This document shows, in pieces, positions 38,936 to 52,162 of a DNA stretch of 64,000 bases (positions within the stretch are counted from its first letter, which is position 1; every line of letters starts with the position of its first letter). The DNA lies in the NCBI RefSeq assembly GCF_006345805.1, contig NC_042997.1, positions 13,330,001-13,394,000 on the forward strand, given 5' to 3'. Made by a program: the position numbers and the translations under genes. The stretch comes from Octopus sinensis (lineage: Eukaryota). The notes beneath the pieces are model-generated. The model ran no database searches, was not told the origin of the DNA, and saw nothing but the letters and a program-made list of their open reading frames with translations.

Positions 38936-41157
38936 TCCTGTAGGTTAGTCAACGAAGAAGATATCAGGCAGTTAATAGAAATAGCATTTAAATCGTTCCC
39001 AAGCACATTCTACTGTCATTAAAAATATAGAACACATTGAATGTTCTGATCTGATCTCAACACTCAAAATCTATGGTATCCTTATGTCTGGGATACCTCT
39101 GATCATACGTGAGCTCGATTAGAGACGATCAGGAAGTAACAATGACATGAAATACACCTTCTGTTAATATGGATTTGCTCTCTTGGATCCTAATTCTAAG
39201 TATGTAGTCATGATGTGATCACAATTGTACCACAACACTTTAGTTCAATTTCTTTTAACTCGGCAAAAAAACACAGGTATATATGCTGTATCTATGGATT
39301 CTGAGCATTCTAAAAAACATGGCTTTCACTGGCATTATGTAAAGGACAATCATACTTATTGCATCAAAATGTACCTTGATCTCTTGGTAAAGCTGTATAT
39401 CCACTTTGAATATTGCGTGTAGCAATTATATTTATAGGACAATACGTCATACGTTTGGCTGAATCGACTATTTTATACAATTTGGATTTATTTTAGCAAC
39501 AATAAAGAGATACAAAATTAATATTAATATTTCCGGAATTGTGATGAAATTATAACCTAGATGAGCGGAATTAAGGATTTATTTTGCTATTAAGTCGTAT
39601 AAGCATCTTCGCGGTTGAACGACCTAAAAGAAACAGCTGGCAAGTCTCCTCCAAATTAGATCCTGACAAATTAATGTGTACATTCGACTATGTAATGTCT
39701 AATACACAAAAAAAAGGACAGGATGGTCACACCAGTCACGCATTAATTATGTCTGCTCGATCAAGACTGACCTCGAGTTAATCAACAAGAAACGAAAAAG
39801 TATAAAGTATTTGACAGTCATGTAATTTCATACTATATGAGTAACAGAAAGCTGAGTATAACAAATCTTGCAAGCTTATTGATATTTTGAAAGCTTATTC
39901 ATATTTCCTTTTCGCTAAACGATAGATTGATTCTAATATATGCAAATACTGCATAAAAGAATTCTTTGTTAATCAGCTTATAATAGCGAGAGCTAATCCA
40001 ATATATAAGAAGTATTCATTCATGAAGATGTCAGCGATTATGGATTATACATACTTTCACTAATCTTATGCGCCATTATTATTGTTATCAATGATTTCTT
40101 ATTTTATTTTTAAATTTAGTATCCGATGATGTGTACATAAAATTTCATTTTACGATGTCTACATCAATAAATGTCAATACATCTTGTATCTGTATTCACA
40201 ATTGTTTTTCTCTTGGTGGTTCTCAGAGTTTCAAGTTTGTAATACAATTTATTTCCGTATTGCTAGGAGAAAATTTCCACTTGGTAAATAGAAAACTTTC
40301 ACTTTTTCACCATTCACTTGATATCATTTCACTAGAGTTGTTTGCTTGCCAATATGTTTGGGTGAAAGGCAGTAAAAGGCTATAAGTAGATAGGACAACG
40401 TCTATAGATAGGAAAGAGGGGGAAAATGCTCTTTCCGAATCGGTAATCCATCTACGAGGCAGATATAATCAGTAAAACAGTGCAAAACCACTCTATACTA
40501 TTACTTACCTTGAGGATGGTCAGTTGAGAAGTGAGGCACAATGGAATTTGATGATAGAAAATGTTGGAAAAAGAAGCAAGGAAAGAATGAAAAAAGAAGG
40601 AATAGACGTAAAAGAGGTAAGCGAGGAGGGAGAGAGCTAGAGAGAGAGAGGGAAGAGATAGAGAGATGGAAGGAAAAAGAAGGTAAGAAATGCCATTTTC
40701 TTGATGATGGTGTTAGAAGGGGAAAAGGAATCGAGAGAAGATTGAGCAAATGTAGATGGACATTGAAAGAAATACCTACCAGCTTCCGGGCTACAATTTC
40801 GCTGATGATTATAACCTAAAGTTTTAGAAGCATTGATGTAGCTCTGGAATATTACACTTTTCGTATAGCTACCTTAATAAGTATGGTAGATACAGCCTCT
40901 GTACTCTATATCTTCCTCCTCTTTATATACATATAAACTTCACTATACACACGTGTCCACTATACACACGATATATAAACTTACTCACACACAGATACAC
41001 ACATTCAAGTATTTCTGCGTGTGTATACGTGATTATACAATTATATATACACATATTCAAACAGGCACACATTTATATTTGACGTATGATTGTGTGTGTG
41101 CCTGCGTGTGAGTGGAGGTGCGTGCGCGTATCTGTAAGTATATATATATATGCATAT

Positions 41158-41191
<34 letters not shown>

Positions 41192-41276
41192 ATATATATG
41201 TATATATAAATGTATATACACACACGCGCATATAGTATACATATATACATATGTATATAGATGAATAAATATATAC

Positions 41277-41356
<80 letters not shown>

Positions 41357-42184
41357 GTATGTATATATGCTATGTATGTACGTGAAAGCACCAGTTCTAG
41401 CGTGTGTTTATGTGTTGTAGAGTTAAGTGTGATAGATATTGATAGAAGCGGGAAGAAAATAAAGAGACAGAAGTAACGAAGTGAATTTTTATATGTGTGT
41501 GCAAGTGACAGAGAATAATTACATGCATAAGATTGCATAGGTAAATATATATCAATATCCATACAGAAATCTTGCTAAAATGCTACGTGTATAATATATC
41601 TTTCTTCCAGTGACAGCTAGTAAGGCAGGTGTATATGTATTGTATGTAAGTGCTTGTGTATGTGTGTGTATGTGTTAGTGTATGTGCGTGTGTATGAGAT
41701 AGTGTGTGTATGAGATAGTGTGTGCATGAGATAGTGTGTGCATGTGTGCGTGTGTGTTAGTGTGTGTATTTGTGCGTTTGTGTGCATACATAAAAATAAA
41801 TGAACCTTCGTCAGTTTCGACAACGAATATCCAGTTGACCAATCACCTATACTCCGTATAAAAGACCTACTCAATAAAGAAGAATATAAGCGGCCGCGTA
41901 TTCCGTGCAGCATTAGCCAATTCTAAAACAGTATTAGAGGTACAATTTATTCAACAGGATTCCGCACAATTTCATTGTACTGATTTTCTTTTCACAGTGC
42001 ATGGGGTGAATTGATTCTATGATTAATGACATTTATATATATATATGTTGACCGGTATGTATGTATGTATGTATGTATGTATGTATGTATGTATGTATGT
42101 ATGTATGTATGTATGCATGCATGCATTCAAGCATGCATATATATATATGTATGTATGTACGTATGTAAGTATACTTTAATGTAT

Positions 42185-42310
42185 GCATGTAATTGTCCAG
42201 TTTTATTTCAAGATTTCTTGTCAATAGCGAAAGAGCCGCTTTCTTCCCATGATCCAAGGTTCCTTCATTGGAATTTCGACATCAACAACAGGATATTTCT
42301 GTTTGTATGT
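42185..42310 (-). mobile_element. Solo 3'UTR of the REL-type LINE, next to (GTAT)n
   Basis: Homologous to 32040-32160. Confidence 0.75.
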
Positions 42311-42799
42311 ATGTCATCTATATTTTAATTATTATAAATCTTCCACTGAGGAGGGAGTTGTTTTCCAACAAAGATACAAGGGGTGTAGCGAACACAGTTA
42401 AATTTACATTTGAAACTTGAGAAAAGTCTTGCATATTTTTACTGTTCCACTCACAGATTGCACTTGTAGTGTACGAATTAGCCGGTCGATTTCACTTTCT
42501 GAAAATCCCATTTTATCCTGATTGACCTTTAAACCTTTACTAACAGAACCTAACGCTGCAATTATTATCTGTATGAATATGAATTCATAGTCTGATGTAT
42601 TCTTACTATATCTAAACCATTAACTATCCACGAACTCAGTGTTTAATACATATACGATGCTTAATATATACATGTGTGTGTGTCTGTGTCTTTGTGCATT
42701 GTGTATGTCTGTGCGTGTGTATATGAGAGAGAGAGAGAGAGAGAGTTTGGGGGGGATACACTATCATACAGATACCGTACTGACTCTCGGTTAAATTCC

Positions 42800-43185
42800 A
42801 GTTGTTTCTTTATTGCACACAAGGGGCTAAACATAGAGGGAACAAACAAGGAAAGACAAATGGATTAAATCGATTACCTTGTACTTAATTTATCGACCCC
42901 GAAATGATGAAAGGCAAAGTTGACCTTCGCGGAATTTGAACTCAGAACGTAACGACAGAGGAAATACCTATTTCTTTACTACCCACAAGGGGCTGAACAC
43001 AGAGAGGACAATCAAGGACAGACAAACGGATTAAGTCGATTATCTCGACCCCAGTGTGTAACTGGTACTTAATTTAATCGACCCCGAAAGGATGAAAAGC
43101 AAAGACGACCTCGGCGGAATTTGAACTCAGAACGTAACAGCAGACGAAATACACGGCGTGCTAACGACTCTGCCAGCTCACCACC
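42800..43185 (-). mobile_element. SINE family A, dimer
   Basis: Two bodies and a partial head. Confidence 0.9.
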
Positions 43186-43361
43186 GATCTGTGACTACAA
43201 TTTTTTGACAGTCACTCAACGAATTCTTCCGATGGGTAATTTCGTGTACGCTTCGTTGGAAGGTAAAATTGTCTGAAATATATATGATTATTATAACAAT
43301 AATTTGATGAAGAAGCATAGTAAGAGATAGCTTATCAAGAATATGATATACATATAGATAT

Positions 43362-44245
43362 ATAATTTACAAGATAAATTCTAATGCCAAATATGCTGAA
43401 AAAAGACAAAACTTTTCAATAACCATTATAATTTATGCGTCTCGAAACAAACCGATAGAAATCTCTAAAAATTCGTTATTACCGTATTGGTCCAATTTCG
43501 GGGTTAATTAATAAGAAATTTTCCCCTCTTCAGTGGCAAATACGCGAGATATAAGTGAAATACTTATTCATGCCCATGGAAAAAGCAAGCACTAAGTCCT
43601 GAGCAGACCTAAGTACCCCAATTATACCCAAAATAGAAAAATATTCGGCACGTCTCGAGATACGTGTGATTCGAACTAGAAACTTTCACAGAATGAGAGA
43701 ATCCGGAAGTGAACACTATTCAATTTATAACTAATGCAGAATAAAATATTTTTCGGGAAAAAAATGTTATCAATGGCTAGCATATAAAAAAATACCTTTA
43801 AAGGTTAAATTTATAAATAATTTACAAGATAAGGGCAAAAGAAAAATTCACGTGTCTCGAGACGTGCCGAATATTTTTCTATTTTGGATATATTTGGGGT
43901 ACTTAGGTCTGCTCAGGACTTAGTGCTTGCTTTTTCCATGGGCATGAATAAGTATTTCACTTATATCTCGTGTATTTGCCGCTGAAGAGGGGAAAATTTC
44001 TTATTAATTAACCCCGAAATTGGACCAATACGGTAATAACGAATTTTTTAGAGATTTCTATCGGTTTGTTTCAATACGCATAAATTATAATGGTTATTGA
44101 AAAGTTTTGTCTTTTTTCGGCATATTAGGCATTAGAATTTTTCTTTTTCCCTTATCTTGTAAATTATTTATAAATTTAACCTTTAAAGGTACTTTTTAAT
44201 ATGCTGGCCATTGATAAGATTTTTTTTTCCCGAAAAAAATTTTAT
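43362..44245. mobile_element. Nested inverted repeats; MITE-like element 43741-44245 plus inverted partial copy
   Basis: 43377-43666 pairs with 43849-44139 (~290 bp); 43741-43848 pairs with 44136-44245 (~108 bp). Confidence 0.85.
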
Positions 44246-44289
44246 CCTAAGTTTTATATATATATATATATAATATATATATATATATA

Positions 44290-44645
44290 TACTTTTTAAT
44301 ACTTTTGATATTAATAAAAAAATTAATAAATTAATTAATAAATTAATTAATTAATTAATTAATTAAATAATATATAAATATAAAAATATACATACATACA
44401 TATATATATATATGTATATATATATAAAATCTATAAGTTTAAATTATTTAAATAATTTTTTATTTTTAACTTTTATATTTTTAAATTAATTTTATGTATT
44501 GGGTTATGTTTTTCACTGTTTGATTTGCCTAATAGTGGTTTTATCTCTAATTTAATATAATATAATATATATTTATACTATAAAATTGGATTTAATCCTA
44601 AATCTAATTTTTCTCTGTAAGTTTGGATTTATTCCCTAATATTAT
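44290..44645. repeat. AT-rich interspersed repeat (family F)
   Basis: Homologous to 37700-37915. Confidence 0.75.
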
Positions 44646-44654
44646 TATATATAT

Positions 44655-44943
44655 AACAATTGCAGCGTGGAAGGTGTTTATAAGCCATTTAAGAAACACA
44701 CAAAAGCCGTTCGATTCACTTCAACATTTAAGTTTAATTTGTCAAAATATTCTCGTCGCTAAAATCCGCGGCCTGTTCACTGACAAAAATTAGCGACGAA
44801 AATATTTTGACAAATTAAACTGAAATATTGAAGTTAATCGAACGGCTTTTGTGTGTTTCTTATAAACACCTTCCACGCTGCAATTGTTTTCGTTTCAGCA
44901 CACGATCTCAGATCAAATTACTTGCTATGCGAGTACATCTCGC
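44655..44943. mobile_element. Foldback non-autonomous element anchored in (TA)n
   Basis: Arms 44655-44762 and 44790-44888 are inverted copies with a 27-nt spacer; the right copy extends to 44943. Confidence 0.88.
44741..44784 (-). ncRNA. Hammerhead-like fold with G3:C8 core swap
   Basis: Minus strand: GTCA-GTGAACA-G-GCCGC-GGATTTTA-GCGAC-GAGA-ATAT-TT-TGAC. The other arm preserves GCGAC-GAAA-ATAT-TT-TGAC. Confidence 0.6.
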
Positions 44944-45577
44944 TATATATATATATATATTTTACAAAAAGAAAATATAAACTACAAAAAGAAAATATAA
45001 AATAGAAATATAAAATTATTTTACAATTTTATACAGCATATTGTAATGACCTACACGTATTTCAACTTCGCATCGTACTGGCGGCTACTGGTGCAACCTA
45101 GCACTGTTATCATTGCAGCTTCTTCAAGGTCATTTGGTCGGCCTCAAAGTGGAGTAAATTTTTTGTTAGTTAGTGTTCTGCAGGAGGTTGGGGTGGCTAT
45201 TTAGGAACTGAAACCTGATCCTTTTACAGGATTGTGCTGTTGGCTCCATATTCACACAAATCGCTGTCTGAAGTTAGGGCTGGTGTGAATTTGTGGTTAT
45301 ACACATGCACACACACACACACACTCATACACACATACACACTGCTATAGTGATGCAGACCGGATATATAGAACTCAAAATATGAGAATATATATATAAT
45401 TTTATTTATGTTCATCAGAAGCTACAGAGTGACTCGCTACCGAGAGTTTCGTGCGTTAGCACTTAGCAAAGTTTCGTAAGTGCTAACGCAAGAAACTTTT
45501 GGGTCTCGAATCTGTTGCTTCTGCTAAATATTAATATGTGTGTATGCATGTGGCTGTGCGTGCGCGTGCGCGTGTGT

Positions 45578-45613
<36 letters not shown>

Positions 45614-45866
45614 ATACCTTGTTCATTTAAACTCCAGCTGTTTCCTCTTGAAGCACATTTGCTTATTCCATTTTTACAATGTGTTTATAGGTGTTGTGTG
45701 CTAAACGTTAAACATAACACCTATTAAAATTGAGAATTGTAAAAATATCATTTGCATATATATATATAAAAGAATAAGATCGTTATTTAAATGGAGATCT
45801 TACCAAGTGGCCAGCATGGGAATAAAAACCTTCAAAGGTAATAATAATTATTAAATTATTATATTT

Positions 45867-45955
45867 CCACGCTGGAAATAGTAGCCAAAACCTGACTCTA
45901 AAACCACATCAAATCTTGTTTTAGAGTCAAGTTTTGGCTGCGATTTCCAGCGTGG
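45867..45955. repeat. 38-bp inverted repeat with 13-nt loop
   Basis: 45867-45904 versus 45918-45955, 3 mismatches. Confidence 0.9.
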
Positions 45956-46004
45956 TGGTATCTCTTAGATACCCTAAATTATAATATTATATATATATAT
46001 ATAC

Positions 46005-46220
46005 TTAATCCAAACAAGAAAACACAAAATAAAACAAACAAAAAACAAAAAACAACGCGAGGACGTGGAACAAATAAAGTATTATTGGACGCTCAGGAAA
46101 GAAGGGAAGAAGGAGGGTTTAACGTTTCGAGCGGAGCTCTTCGTCGGAAACATAGGAGAAGGAAATATCCTGAGAAGGGAAGACAAAGGAAAAAAATCGC
46201 CGGCGGTACTCACGAGATCA
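46005..46220 (-). mobile_element. Short non-autonomous element with hammerhead, 3' end in (TA)n
   Basis: GC-richer 215-bp segment abutting a TA run; contains the fold at 46117-46151. Confidence 0.65.
46117..46151 (-). ncRNA. 35-nt minimal type I hammerhead-like ribozyme
   Basis: GTTT-CCGACGA-A-GAGC-TCC-GCTC-GAAA-CG-TT-AAAC; both stems perfect, AACGTT palindrome, U4->C. Confidence 0.72.
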
Positions 46221-46319
46221 CATATTTAAAGACCGGAAGTAGAAAGGTGGAAAAATAATGTTTTTTAAAGACAGGAGAGTTTTCAAAGACAATATGGTAA
46301 AGACAAGGAAGTGAAAGGG

Positions 46320-47520
46320 GAAATGCGTGTGGGTGTGTGCGTGCGCGGAGGTCTGCGTGTGCGCGCGTGTGTGTATGTGTGCTATGACGTCCGTGTGTGC
46401 GTGTGTGTGCGTGTGTGTGTGTGTATGTGTGTATGGCGAACAACTGGCTAGTAGCTGGCTAGTAGCTGGCCAGTAGGTAAGAATAAGGAGTGGTGTTTTT
46501 TGTGTCCAGTCACAGGTCAAAGACAAAGAGGTATGTGTGTGTGCGTGTATGTATATGTATCGTGTGTGTGTTTTGTTTGTAGTGTGTGTGTGTATGTGTG
46601 TGTTCGTGTGTGTATGCGTAAAGTTTGGGTGTGTGGCGAGTAACTATGCTTAACTTAGTGTATGTGTGCGTGTGTGCTTGTACGTGCATGTGTGTGTATA
46701 TATATGTATGTATAAAGGTGTGCGTGTATGTATAATTGTGTGCCGTGTGTATGAGATGTATGTGTGGGTTCATTTGTGTGTGTGTGTGTATGTATGTGCG
46801 TGTAGTTGTGTGTGCGTGTAGTTGTGTGTGCGTGTAGTTGTGTGTGCGTGTAGTTGTGTGTGCGTGTATGTGTGCGTTTGTATGTGTGTGTGTGTAAGCG
46901 TATATGGATGTATATGCGTGTATCCGTGGGGTTGTGAGTTTTGGGTGTGTGCTAATGTGTGCGCATGTTTTTGTGTGCGTATGTGTGTCTCTCTGCTTAT
47001 ATGTGTGTACGTATATGTATGTGTGCGTGCGCTAGTAGGTATATATTGTGTGTATGTATATGTGTCGGTGTGTATGTGAATGTGTGTGTATTTGTACGTG
47101 TGTATGTGTGTGTACGTGTATTGTATATATATGTAAATGTATGTGTGTGTGAGCGTCTGTATGTACGTGCGTGCGAGTGAATGTATGTATATACGTGCGT
47201 GTGTGTACAAATGTAGAGGTTTATATGTGTGTTTATATGTTTATATGTGTGTATATGTATGTATGCAAACACACACTTTATAATTGAAAGATTGATGGAA
47301 AAATTAGTGTGCGTGTATGTGAATTCACAGGCACACACATACACACACTGACGGACGCCTGCAATACAGCCAACCCCATATGCATGTATGTATGTATGTA
47401 TGTATGTATGTATGTATGTATGTATGTATGTATGTATGTATGTATGTATGTATGTATGTGTGTTTGTATGTGTGTGTATGTGTATGTGTATGTATGTGTG
47501 TATGTATGTGTGTATGTATG

Positions 47521-47566
<46 letters not shown>

Positions 47567-47570
47567 CAAA
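46320..47570. repeat. Long degenerate (TG)n/(TATG)n/(TA)n array including a 16-bp unit GTGTGTGCGTGTAGTT
   Basis: Visible. Confidence 0.95.
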
Positions 47571-47639
47571 TGAATTAATAACAGACGATGGGTAATTGTC
47601 AACTCACTACAACTGTTTCTTGCGCATTTTTTAATGAAA

Positions 47640-47691
<52 letters not shown>

Positions 47692-49912
47692 TATTCTTAC
47701 TATCTCTTACTAAGCACCTTCATCTAATTATTGTTTTGTCGCTATATCATATTTATATTATATATCAGAAACAGAATATGACTTGGCAGCATATGCTACC
47801 TCTAATATCCACCGATCTTCTGAGGGTTATGTGTAAAACACCTGCGATCCTGCGGAAAAACAGTAGCTCACTACTTAAGGACTGGCGGTAATCTGATAAC
47901 TTCATTACAGCGGCTACGATTAAACACATTTATTTGTTAGACTCTCTTCTTCACTCTGCCTGCATATATATTTTATTCGTTATGTGTGTGTCTTTATGTA
48001 TGTATGCATGCACATATACGTGAATGTGTCTGCTCCTGTTTGCTTACTTATGTGTGTTTGTGAGAACGCACATGATTCTGTTCAACGTGTTCACACGTCG
48101 TGTGAAATTGTGTGTAAGTGAATGAATGTAGGAAATGCATGTGAGAAATTGCTGTATGATATTTCAATTTAGTCCCAAAAGGTTTACTATTTCTTCAACT
48201 GTTCCACTGAATTTGAAATTTGCTTTGTTATCTATATTTACAAACACCTTTGCTTATGTGAATATTATTTGAAATGAATGAACATTTTGAATTATTAGAG
48301 GGTATAAGCAAAAATACGTTTTTACTGTAGTGTCAGAATGACCTCGTGCTTTCTGTTAAATTGTGAGGAAATATTTACATATTCTTTATTGATATTTATC
48401 CGAATTACTTCAAAAATGAAGGCTCTACGAATTTGTTAAACCTGCTAGCAGGAAAACTCATACAGATTAACACAGATCAATGCAGTCCTTGGTATAAAAG
48501 AATGCAAGATAGTCACGTCTGGAACACATTTAGAGTACATTTAGAACTGCAACAGGGTAAAAAACTCTACTGTACAACTACTAATGTGCCTGCCGCCGTA
48601 TCTACTGCTGCTGCTACTACTACTACTACAACTACTACTACTACTATGATAATGATGACGACTGCTGCTGCAGTTGCTACTCTTGCTACTTCGACTACTA
48701 CTTCTCATATATAAAATGACCAATACTTTCTCCAAAATTAGCTATCCTGCCTATTAGCACATGATACTTTTTGTTTTAATAAATAATAAGCATGAGTTTT
48801 CGATATACTGATGCTGTTTGAAGCTGTGATTAGTTTTCAGAACATTTATAAAATGGAGGTCTTACAGCTGTTTCCGGGATATTTTGTATATCCCATCATC
48901 AGAGACAGTGCGAGAAAATGTTTAAGTAATAATTATTGTAGAAAAGATATGAAATACAGAGGGAAGTAAAGGAATGAAAATAGAATTGATATTCGTAAGG
49001 ATATTGTATTTGCAGTTCCATTTTTTAAGCATAATGGTGTATATGGAAGTTTCCTGTACCTTGTGTATGAGTTCCAATGGTGTTTATTTTTGGTCATTTA
49101 ACCCCTCGGTTAAATAAGACCGTTTACAAGACTCTATGCTTGACATGACCAAATATAAACACCACTGTGTGTGTGTGTTTATGTGTGTCGGTTATAGGTG
49201 AGTTATATATATATATATATATAAATTCTTATAGTTATGAGTATAATTATAATTAGTGTTCGGCAAAAACATTGCTTCACCACATACCGAAATTTAGAAA
49301 TAGTAGCCAAAACTAGCTATTTCTCTACCATAAGAAAATCTCCCTGACAACAATACTCAACAACCTACGTAGGCTATGAGAAAAAAATAGCGTATTCACT
49401 CAGCTTAGATTAACTGTGGACGCTTTTCGGAGTTAGATATGAAAAAGGCAAAAAACACATTTCGATTCTATCATTCTCGCTCTTCAGCACAGTATTTCAA
49501 GATTTTAAATTTGAGGGCACCGTAAAAAATTGAACATACCTTATCTGACCAAGCGACATCAGACAAATTAAATCCAATGACCAGTACCCCCGAATTCAAA
49601 ACACACGAATGAGATCTTGTATTCTCCCTCACCTACCCACGTGTGCTATCGAGTAAAATTCTACAGAAAAAAACTGTAGTTTACTATCAGGGAGAGAATT
49701 ATATTATTGATAATATAAATGCCTCCAAATAATCGAATAATATTTTGTATATCTTACCATGAATATACTGTCAGAAAGACACAATACTGCGGTATTCGTC
49801 TCGAGAAAGTAAGGTATGAAGACATATGCTAAAAATCACCAATTATCAGAATCAAACGGAAACTGTCCACTGATTAATACTTTTCGAAGCATTAACACTT
49901 TTATGATATCAA

Positions 49913-50141
49913 GGCGGCGAGCTGGCAGAAACGTTAGCATGCCGGGCGAAATGCGTAGCCGTATTTCGTCTGCCGTTACGTTCTGAGTTCAAATTCCACC
50001 GAGGTCGACTTTGCCTTTCATCCTTTCGGGGTAGATAAAGTAAGTACCAGTTACGCACTGGGGTCGATATAATCGACTTAATCCGTTTGTCTGTCCTTGT
50101 TTGTCCCCTCTGTGTTTAGCCCCTTGTGGGTAGTAAAGAAA
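49913..50141 (+). mobile_element. SINE family A, monomer
   Basis: AAGGCGGCGAGCTGGCAG...GTGGGTAGTAAAGAAA. Confidence 0.92.
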
Positions 50142-51261
50142 AATATACACTTTTATGATATGATGTCTTCAGATGAAAACCTCATTACTTTGGATTTCAT
50201 ACAGAATATCCACATTAAGTAATATGTAAAGATAGCTGTACAGTTATGCGCACAAGAATACACACACTAAAAAACAAAAAACGCAAACATACACACACAT
50301 GCACACACACACACACATACTTATAAACTTATATATTCTAGCAAACATCCTGAAATTACGGTTAATTTATATACACTTAAAAATAGACGTAATCGTGAAT
50401 CAATATTTTCTAAAAGATATTTTCTTTGTACGCATGCGTAATATTGAACTTGATATACAGACCAAATAGATTTAAAGAAACTTAATCAGGTGCACTATAT
50501 CAGTGTTCATGAACTCGCGCGAATGCGTTTCTTCCATTATCACACTTTGTAATGTAACTAAAATCCGTTCAGCTAGCCATTTCGGCTTAGTCTGAATGGT
50601 TGCATATTTTTATTAAAGATTTTTTTCTCTCTTTTCTAGTGTCCAGAAGACATAAGCTGAATTTAGGAAGCTATACACTGAAAATTGATTTCAGTACTGC
50701 GTCCGCTCAAGTTGACCTGGTCCACTTGCTTTAAGTTATATAGCTGCGGAATAACAGCACTGATGCTATTATTCAGGAAGGGAGAAAATTGGCTGACATA
50801 TACAACTATTCCATCAATACCAACGTGACCGGCTGTTATACAGACAGAGATGCATCGCAAAAAGTTAATTTCTCTTCTGATAAAGCAATTTCGCTGCGTA
50901 CTTGATTAATTTTCTCCAGTGCAATTATTTTCCTCTCCTTTATTGTTCATTCACTTGTTTTCATTTATTTCTTCAACATTTAAGTTTGATCTGTGTTAAC
51001 AGAAAGCTTTTTGCTGTGGTCATTTAATTTATGCAAAATATTATGTAATTAGATTGTGTAAAACTCACTGTGAGAACAGAAAATGTCACGGTTTAACATG
51101 AACGAAATTTGAATACACATGCTTTATTTCTTTTGTTCTAAACAAAGAGACCCAAGAAATTGTTTTTAGGGCTAGATATAATTTTATACTCGAGACACTA
51201 GGTAAGAAATTTGGGGAGAGGGGGGACAGACGATTAGATCGACCCATTATGCAGATCGACC

Positions 51262-51872
51262 CATTTATTTCTTTATTGCCCAGAAGGGGCTAAACACAGA
51301 AGGGACAAACAAGGACAGAAAAACGGATTAAGTCGATTATATCGACCCCAGTGCGTAAATGGTACTTATTTAGTCGACCCCGAAAGGATGAAAAGCAAAG
51401 TCGACCTCGGAGGAATTTGAACACAGAACGTAGTGGCAGACGAAATACCTATTTCTTTACTACCCAGAAGGGGCTAAACACAGAAGGGACAAACAAGAAC
51501 AGACAAACAGATTAAGTCGATTATATCGAACCCAGTGCGTACCTGTTCCTTAATTTATCGAACCCGAATGGATGAAAGGCAAAGTCGACCTCGGCGGAAT
51601 TTGAACTTAGTACGTAGCGGCAGACCAAATACCTATTTCTATTTCTTTACTACCCACAAGTGACTAAACACAGAGGGGAGAAACAAGGACCGACAAACGA
51701 ATTAAGTCGATTACATCGACCCCAGGGCGTAACTGGTCCGTAATTTATCGATCCCGAAAGGATGAAAGGCAAAGTCGACCTCGGTGGAATTTGAACTCAG
51801 AACGTAACGGCAGACGAAATACGGTTACGCATTTCGCCCGGCGTGCTGACGTTTCTGCCAGCTCGCCGCCTT
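51262..51872 (-). mobile_element. SINE family A, trimer
   Basis: One head and three ~185-bp bodies arranged head-to-tail. Confidence 0.92.
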
Positions 51873-52116
51873 TCAGTAACTTCACAAGAGGTTTGGAGAT
51901 TAATGATTTCAAACTTGACTGGGTGTCTCTGCGTAGGGTTTGGAAGGCTACATTTTAAATAGAAACGCTTTTCATCACTTTCTATTTATTAGAAAAATGT
52001 TACATGTATAAAATTTATATGTTTAACATAGTACGTAAAAAAATCACTCAAAAGTGGGAGTATCTGAACTTTGTCATACATATGTTATCCACATGTGTGT
52101 ATGTGTGTGTGTGTGT

Positions 52117-52162
<46 letters not shown>

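Noticed and set aside
40495-40660. Strong minus-strand donor CAAG|GTAAGT at ~40510
   Set aside because: Upstream sequence is a pyrimidine tract with no credible coding exon; isolated site.
43975-44010. CTGAAGA-GGG-GAAAATTTC in the inverted-repeat arms
   Set aside because: No stem II or stem I pairing.
50640-50900. Acceptor-like site and protein-like frames on both strands
   Set aside because: The plus frame has two in-frame stops; the minus frame lacks convincing splice sites and homology.
51262-51872. Regular repeats suggesting a CRISPR array
   Set aside because: Units are ~185-bp SINE bodies with no unique spacers; eukaryotic context and no cas genes.
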